From assembly GCA_025358925.1 (NCBI GenBank), contig JANYHT010000017.1, forward strand, positions 180,432 through 244,431: a stretch of DNA of 64,000 nt. The letters are read 5' to 3'. This stretch comes from Gemmatimonadaceae bacterium (GTDB lineage Bacteria > Gemmatimonadota > Gemmatimonadetes > Gemmatimonadales > Gemmatimonadaceae). Shown one piece after another: positions 57,438-64,000 of this stretch. Each line of letters opens with the position of its first letter. Position 1 is the stretch's first letter. Below the pieces are notes generated by a model. The model saw only the letters and a program-made list of their open reading frames with translations. It did no database searches and was not told where the DNA came from. A program made the position numbers and the translations under genes.

Positions 57438-59134
57438 TTGAGCATGCGCTCTCCGCTCTTATTCTCGCTTCTCAGTGCGCTCGCGCTGAGCACAACGTCC
57501 GTGCGCGCCCAAGGCTTGTGCAACGGAAAAATCGTGTCGCAGGTAGTGATTCAACGCTCCGCACGCACGATCATGGACAAGGCGCACGCACCTCGTTGGA
57601 GTCGCGCCGTGCTGCAGCCGCTACTGGTGGGCGTACCAACGCGCGAGAGCGCGATTCGACCATTTTTGCAGCTGGCCGACGGCGAGCCGTGTACTGAGCA
57701 ACGTCGCGCCGAGTCGGAACGATTGCTTCGTCTGCAACCTTATCTTGCGGATGCAACGGTGACGGCCGTGGAAGAGTCGGACGGCCGAGTGCGCATCGAA
57801 ATCGAGACAATTGACGATCTGCGTCCGATCATCGGACTTGGTCTGCACGGCGCTCGCCCCACCAACGCCGAAATCGGTAACAGTAATATCGCGGGTACTG
57901 GGCATCTCGCTGCCGTTAGTTGGCGCGACGGTCGCGCGTTTCGCGACGGATTTGGTTTTCGTTATGCGGATTATCACCTGCTTGGTCGCCCAGCCGTGGC
58001 CAACCTCGCGCTCGTACGACAACCACTGGGATCATTTGTTTTGGCATCATTGGCGCGTCCGTTTTATACCGATCTACAACACAGCGCCGCGTACGTCGGA
58101 TATCTCCGCGACGATGGATACGTGCGTTTCTTGCGACCGCGGGCAGATGCACTCTCGCTCGGCACCGTGCGCGAGCGCGCCGACATGGGCGCAGCTTTTC
58201 GCCTTGGCATCTACGGCTCAACCAAAGTGTTACTCGGCGCACTCGCAAGTTTCGAGCGTCGCACCACGTCCACGCGTCCCGTCATCATTAGTGATTCTGG
58301 ATTTGTTTCGATCATGGATTCGACGTTGCGCAATCGATATCGTACGACCGATGCAACACGTCTTGGCATTGTGACCGGCGTGCGCGCACTCACGTTCGTG
58401 AAAGTGCAAGGCTTCGACGCACTCGAAGGCTTTCAAGACATTGGCCGCGGCATGCAGCTCGCCACCACCGTCGGCTCGACGGTAAGGGGTACGCAAAAAG
58501 GACCATTCGTCACAAGCGATTTTTACGCGGGCGTGGGTGATGTGCAGTCGTTCGTCGGACTCCGTACACAAATAGAATCGCGTCGCAACGATGGTGGGTG
58601 GAGCAACGTCGTTGGGAGCGGACGTATCGCGTGGTATTCGCGGCCCAATGACCGCCAGACGCGATTGTGGTCGTTGAATACGTCGGCGCGTGGCGTCAAG
58701 ACGTGCCGTATGAGCTCTCGATTGATGATCCACAAGGTGGTATTCGCGGCTACAATGGTTCGCATCTCGCCGGCGGGCAATTGCTCGTATTACGTGAGGA
58801 GCGACGGCGCGTGCTGCCCGGTATGTCGACGTATTTAGGTTGGGGCATGGCAGCATTTGGTGATGCCGCACAAATGTTTAAGGGCGACGTCCCCTTTGGA
58901 GCAACGGCAACGCGCGCCAGTGTTGGCCTTGGCATTTTGGCGGCAGTGCCGAGGGAATCACGGTCGTCAGCGCGTGTGGATTTTGCGTATCCGGTGGTGC
59001 CGGACAAAGATGCCAAGCACCTCGCGATCCGCTTTACGTACAGTCTGATTGGACGATCGTTTTGGCGTGAGACTGGCCAGCTTGCGCGTGCGCGCGTCGG
59101 AACGCCGGCGAGTGATATTTTTGCGTGGCCGTGA
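57438..59134 (+). pseudogene. Omp85/TamA-like POTRA + barrel protein with a single frameshift near 58675 (real or sequencing error)
   Basis: SERLLRLQPYLADA (POTRA). The frame switches at tgg tcg ttg aat / gtt gaa tac into EYVGAW..IRGY..FGDA..RVDFAYP. Confidence 0.7.
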
Positions 59135-61198
59135 TTACGGAGACGGCAGTGCAAACGCGACGTAGGTACCGCCGCTTGGTGCCCCGTTTTTTCCACCACC
59201 GCACGCGATGACGAGGTACTGCATACCGTTCACCATGTAGGTGGAAGGCGTGGCGTTACCGGCGGCGGGTAATGTCGCTTCCCACAACTGTTTGCCCGTG
59301 CTCTTGTCGTACGCGCGAATTTTGTTGTCGTACGTGGTCGCGGCGATGATCAACAAACCGTTTTCGGTCACGATGGCGCCGCCGTAGTTGTCCGTGCCGG
59401 TGTTTTTTATGCCTTTGGCCGCAAGTTTCGGATACGCACCAAACGGAATGGACCACCGAATTTTGCCAGCGTTCAAATCAATCGCGTTGAGTGTACCCCA
59501 TGGTGGTTTAATGCCGGGATACCCTTCGTGATCGGTGAAAATATCGAAGTATGCGGTGCGATATTTCAGTGCGTATGGACTGGTGCCAACTTTTGCTTTA
59601 GATGCGTCTTTGCCCGTGAGTAAATAGCTAACGACATCATTGATGGCGCCACCTTCCATCGCCGCTCCAAATGCCGGCATACGACCCGTGCCTTCGCGAA
59701 TAATTTGCGCGATCTGTTCGCGCGAACGACGGGCCACAATGTTTTCGAGTGACGGTCCAGCGGCAGATCCTTTGCGCTGTTCGCCGTGACAGCCAGCGCA
59801 GTTCGCCGCGTAGAGTGATTTGTCACTGCGTGGAACGAGTTTTAATAGCCACGCCATTTCATTGGAGTTCACGTACAGCAATCCAGTGGTCGGGTCGAAC
59901 GCCGGTCCGCCCCATTCACCGCCACCGTCAACTCCCGGAAAAATGATGGTGCCTTTGGTGTTGGGCGGTGAAAACGGATTGGGTGTTTTGTATTGATTGA
60001 ACGTTTTCAGTGCGGCGGCGTGTGCGGCGGGAGTGCGATTCGTGAGTTCGTTCAGCGTGAGACGTTGCCGCGCAAACGGCGGTGGTAACAATGGAAATGG
60101 TTGTGTTTTGGAGGTCTGTTCGCCTTCCAGCACGCCCACTGGCATCGCGCGTTGCTCCACCGGAAACATCGGGGTGCCTTTCTCGCGATCAAAGAGCCAG
60201 ACGTGTCCCGTCTTCGTGATTTGTGCGACTGCGTCGACAGGTTTGCCATCGCGCGTGACCGTCACCAATGCTGGCGCGGCCGGAAAATCGCGATCCCACA
60301 AGTCGTGATGCAGTCCCTGAAAATGCCAGATGCGTTCTCCCGTTCGCGCGTTGAGTGCAAGCACGGTGTTGGCAAACAAGTTGTCGCCGGTGCGATTGGC
60401 GCCATAAAAATCAAACGATGCCGAACCAGTCGCCGCGAACAGCATCGCGCGCTTCGTATCAATCGTGACACCCGCCCACGCGTTCGCGCCACCAGTAATT
60501 TTCCATGCATCCGCGGGCCAAGTTTCGTAGCCAAACTCGCCCGGATGCGGAATGGTGTGAAAGCTCCATCGCAGCGCACCAGTCTTCACATCGTACGCGC
60601 GAATGTCGCCGGGTGCGCTCGGCAACGCTTCGGGAACGGTGCTGCCAATGATGTATAAGTCTTCAAAGATCACGCCTGGTGTGCTCGCGCTGACCGACAA
60701 TCCCTCAACCGGTCGACCAAGTCCTGCGCGCAGGTCCACCCACCCGCTATCGCCAAACGTGGTGATTGGCGTACCGGTCTTCTTGTCGAGTGCGTATAAG
60801 CGATTACGATAGTTGAAAATGACGCGATCACCGGTCACCACCACGCCGCGATGTCGAAAGCGTGAGGTGGGTGGCAGTCCGTGATTGGGATCGAACCGCC
60901 AGAGTTGCTTGCCCGTTGCGGCGTCGAGCGCGAACACCTGCAGCTTGGGCGTGGTGGCATAAAGCACACCGTCGATGATGATCGGATTTGCCTGCATTTC
61001 CGATCCGGTAAACTCATCGTGCGTTTCGAACGTCCACGCGACTTTCAGTTTCGCGACATTCGCGGGCGTGATCTGCGCGAGCGTTGTGTAGTGCGTGTGA
61101 TCGTCGTTGCCGCCATACACGGGCCAGTTGGTGGTCTGGCTGTGGGCGATGGCTGGCATCGCGAGGCACAGCGTAACGACGATCGGAGGCAGGCGCAT
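59135..61198 (-). CDS. PQQ-dependent glucose/quinate-type dehydrogenase with internal cytochrome c domain
   Basis: ANPIIIDGVLY, HHDLWDRD, GGGEWGG, CAGCHG, KPPWGTL, ATPSTYMVNGMQYLVI. Confidence 0.9.
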   Translation of the reverse strand: MRLPPIVVTLCLAMPAIAHSQTTNWPVYGGNDDHTHYTTLAQITPANVAKLKVAWTFETHDEFTGSEMQANPIIIDGVLYATTPKLQVFALDAATGKQLWRFDPNHGLPPTSRFRHRGVVVTGDRVIFNYRNRLYALDKKTGTPITTFGDSGWVDLRAGLGRPVEGLSVSASTPGVIFEDLYIIGSTVPEALPSAPGDIRAYDVKTGALRWSFHTIPHPGEFGYETWPADAWKITGGANAWAGVTIDTKRAMLFAATGSASFDFYGANRTGDNLFANTVLALNARTGERIWHFQGLHHDLWDRDFPAAPALVTVTRDGKPVDAVAQITKTGHVWLFDREKGTPMFPVEQRAMPVGVLEGEQTSKTQPFPLLPPPFARQRLTLNELTNRTPAAHAAALKTFNQYKTPNPFSPPNTKGTIIFPGVDGGGEWGGPAFDPTTGLLYVNSNEMAWLLKLVPRSDKSLYAANCAGCHGEQRKGSAAGPSLENIVARRSREQIAQIIREGTGRMPAFGAAMEGGAINDVVSYLLTGKDASKAKVGTSPYALKYRTAYFDIFTDHEGYPGIKPPWGTLNAIDLNAGKIRWSIPFGAYPKLAAKGIKNTGTDNYGGAIVTENGLLIIAATTYDNKIRAYDKSTGKQLWEATLPAAGNATPSTYMVNGMQYLVIACGGGKNGAPSGGTYVAFALPSP

Positions 61199-61299
61199 TG
61201 GGGGCGTGTGACGGGATCGAGTGAACAGGGGACCGTCGGAATGAAGCCGCGCGCGTGGAATTTCGCGACTGGCCCGCAGGCCGCGCTGTACGTTGAAAT

Positions 61300-62100
61300 A
61301 TGCGACAACATTTCGATCAGCCGCACCATAACCTTGCAATCAGCCGCACAATAAACTTGCGCGCAGCCGCGTTGGCCGATCCCACCGGCTTTGTGGATGG
61401 TCTGTCCGAGCGAACGATTATTGACGAGGTGCAACGAGTACCGGAGCTGTTTCTCGCGATCAAAGTGGCCGTGGATCGCCGAGTGCCGGGTCGATTTCTG
61501 CTCACCGGGTCGGCGAATGTGCTCTTCGTGCCAACACTCGCCGATTCACTCGCGGGTCGGATGCAAGCGCTGCGACTGCACCCACTCGCGCAGTGCGAAC
61601 TGGAATCACACGTGCCGCACTTCATCGATGCGTTGTTCACCAACGGATTTCATCTCAAACGCACAGATCGCCTGGGCGACGAACTCGCTCGGCGAATTGC
61701 CGAGGGCGGTTTTCCCGCCGCGATTACGCGACCTGACGGACGGCGTCGCGCGACCTGGTACTGCTCGAAACATTTGTGTTCCAAGAACTGCGACGACAGG
61801 CAAGTTGGCGCGATGAGCAACTCACTTTTTCTCATGTTCGCGACAAGGTTGGCGTGGAAGTGGACATCGTCATTGAACGTGGCACGCTCGCGATCGCAGG
61901 CGTAGACGTAAAAGCATCAGCCACTGTGACCGTCGCTGATTTTCGTGGTTTGCGAAAACTCAAAAATGCAACCGGCAAACGGTGTGCCGGTGGTGTGGTG
62001 TTGTATATTGGCGAAACCACCGTGCGCTTCAGCGAAGGACGGTACGCGGTACCGATTCGCGCATTGTGGGGCCGCGTGTACCTGAGCGAGCTAGTCGCCC
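61300..62100 (+). pseudogene. AAA_14 + DUF4143 ATP-binding protein remnant
   Basis: IIDEVQRVPEL, FLLTGSAN, GGFP, then directly LLETFVFQEL..EVDIVIE...VKAS. Walker A and a middle segment are missing. Confidence 0.85.
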
Positions 62101-63275
62101 GGCAGCATGGCCCACAACGCCGGTCGCCCCACGTTGCAATGCACGGCACGTGAAATCGGTGTGAGCGAACCCCAGCTCAACCACAATGCGTGTCGCGCCA
62201 CATGATGCGCATGCAAAATATTTACTGGCGCGTTGCTGATTGGCACGTTGAGTTTTTCAAGCCGAGTAAAGCGCGCCGGTACAGGGTGAAAAATTGTCTC
62301 GATCACGCGCGGTCGCCACGGTTCATCATCCTGCCACCGATCCAGCAATGCGACGGCATCACGCACCGACTCGGCGCCAACGCGCGTGGCCGCTACGCGA
62401 TCAATCGCGAATACGGCTGTTCGCGACAACGTGGGCAGCACCAACACACCAATGAACGCCCACAACGTCATTGCGCACGCCACCGTAAGCACACCAGCGG
62501 CCGTTGCGAGTGCAGCGTTGGGTAACAGCAGCGCGGCAGCAACCCCCGCACAATTGAAAATGATAGCGCCGAGTACGCCGCGGAGGTGCGCGCCGGTGTC
62601 GGCAATGATGCGACGTCGGGTGAGTGCCGCGATGAGCGCGGGCTCGGGCAATTGCGCCCAGCGCAACGGGACCAACAACATGCGTGCACGAATACCGGTC
62701 CATCCACCAACAAACCCTTCGTCGGGCGTGTCAACGACGTCGATCTGATTTAAGTCGATGCCCGCACGTTGTGCTGCGCTGCGCAATACGTCGGGCATGA
62801 TGCCGTCGGGCATGGGGGCAATGATGCGCGTCATGCTTCCGCGCATCGCAGCAAGCACCAGTTGCAGTGCAGCGAAGACCCCGAGTGCACCGATCGGTCC
62901 AAACAATCGCGCTGCTCCAAGTAACGCGGCAATGGTGACGAGCCAGACGAGCGCTTGCACGGCAATGCCGCGTATCCAGCCCGCGTACCACTCACCCGCG
63001 CTCACGCGATGGCGGACCAGCATGGCACCGCCGATCACGTCGAAGAACATGAAGGCTACGGTACTGACTAAAAGTGTAAGCCACGCTGACGTGATCGCAA
63101 CGACCAGCGGTTGTTGCGCGGACGTTGAAAGGATGCGTGACGGAATATCGAACACCAGCATCGTGGTGGCGACGACGACGGCCGTGCCAACGCCACTGAT
63201 GCCGAGGTAGAGGCGCGCGCGTGCGTAGCGCAGGGAGCGGGTGGCGGTGCGATGGGAGAGCGGGAAAGATGTCAT
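62091..63275 (-). CDS. Multi-TM hypothetical membrane protein (M48-like layout, no HExxH)
   Basis: About 7 hydrophobic helices. C-terminal SRAVHCNVGRPALW. Confidence 0.7.
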   Translation of the reverse strand: MTSFPLSHRTATRSLRYARARLYLGISGVGTAVVVATTMLVFDIPSRILSTSAQQPLVVAITSAWLTLLVSTVAFMFFDVIGGAMLVRHRVSAGEWYAGWIRGIAVQALVWLVTIAALLGAARLFGPIGALGVFAALQLVLAAMRGSMTRIIAPMPDGIMPDVLRSAAQRAGIDLNQIDVVDTPDEGFVGGWTGIRARMLLVPLRWAQLPEPALIAALTRRRIIADTGAHLRGVLGAIIFNCAGVAAALLLPNAALATAAGVLTVACAMTLWAFIGVLVLPTLSRTAVFAIDRVAATRVGAESVRDAVALLDRWQDDEPWRPRVIETIFHPVPARFTRLEKLNVPISNAPVNILHAHHVARHALWLSWGSLTPISRAVHCNVGRPALWAMLPGD

Positions 63276-63668
63276 GCCCGGCGAACGAATGAGGTGCGCG
63301 TTTAGTGCGCGCCAATGTCTCGTGCATTTGGAAGTTCGCTGCGGAATGCCCTTGGTGTCGATTCGGCACTAGTAAGACAAAGCTGATTGAAAAGTCTATT
63401 TCAGTCGAGGAGTCTGTGGAACCTTGTGATCATGCTCGAGTACTTCCCCTGCATCGCGAGTGACATGTTTCGGCATCGCTTGATGTATTGTCGATAGACG
63501 AGGATAATGGGATAGACCAGCGTGTCCTGATCGCAATGTCGCTCGTCGATGTGTGACACCATTCCATTATTTGTATGCCCGAAGGCATGGCACAGTGTTT
63601 CGAGTTCACCAATCTTGAAAGGTCGAAATGTCTTCACCATCATTGCGCCGAGCGAATAATACGGACGA

Positions 63669-63850
63669 TCACTCGTCCTCGAGAGTTGCTGGAAGGTCCC
63701 GCGCAGTATGAACAACGCGAACGACTCGTACCTCCGTGTCAGAAGGACAGAAATAATGCAACCGTATCTGCGGAAAGTCCTTTAACGGTCAAGAACGAAG
63801 GTCGCGCAGTGAGGGAGCACCCGGATGCGGTTTTTGTGCGACGGACGCCG
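63669..63850 (-). pseudogene. ParE/RelE toxin C-terminal remnant
   Basis: Hand translation: PSLRDLRS*PLKDFPQIRLHYF..VRVVRVVHTARDLPATLE. In-frame TGA at 63789-63791 where Trp is expected. Confidence 0.65.
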
Positions 63851-64000
63851 TTGCTGCTTCATCTGTGCGGACTGTCTGGGAGGGAAGCGAGGTTGGTCAT
63901 TCTGTATTCACCCGTCCTTGGTCACGCGACCGCGATATGAGGCTTGCGGAGTGATACGGTAGCTACGTATATTGTACGTATACACGCGTTTTCTACGTAT

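Noticed and set aside
63401-63715. ORF with faint resemblance to AbiJ/TIGR02391 N-terminal domains (LETLCHAFGHT..G)
   Set aside because: Too short and weak to call without a profile search.
1-64000. CRISPR arrays, tRNA, rRNA, known riboswitches
   Set aside because: No repeat-spacer periodicity or recognisable RNA-gene signatures seen by eye. An Infernal/tRNAscan run would be decisive.

Overview
GC-rich bacterial accessory region, probably from a Gemmatimonadota (Gemmatimonadaceae-like) genome. This assignment is inferred from the gene families and is not verified. No rRNA, tRNA or CRISPR array was seen. Main contents: (1) a translationally coupled N6-adenine DNA methyltransferase plus SNF2-type helicase pair (1-4841; the helicase runs off the edge and is missing from the ORF track) with extreme G/T versus C/A strand skew; (2) an IS3-family element that truncates a decayed TonB-dependent receptor; (3) a CxxCH protein-nirK-ldh cluster; (4) an envelope module with a Spy-like protein, a beta-barrel, an Oar-like TonB-dependent receptor bearing a C-terminal LTxxQ-like extension, and paralogous propeller-like proteins; (5) a Ser/Thr kinase-Sel1-triple FHA-like locus that includes an FHA/M15-like peptidase fusion; (6) LytS/LytTR, LuxR and TetR regulators, a PQQ dehydrogenase and several hydrolases; (7) two diverged copies of a ~200 bp non-coding element, one with 27 bp terminal inverted repeats; (8) about nine gene remnants, many with large internal deletions. 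All family assignments come from motif recognition by eye. Start codons are best guesses.
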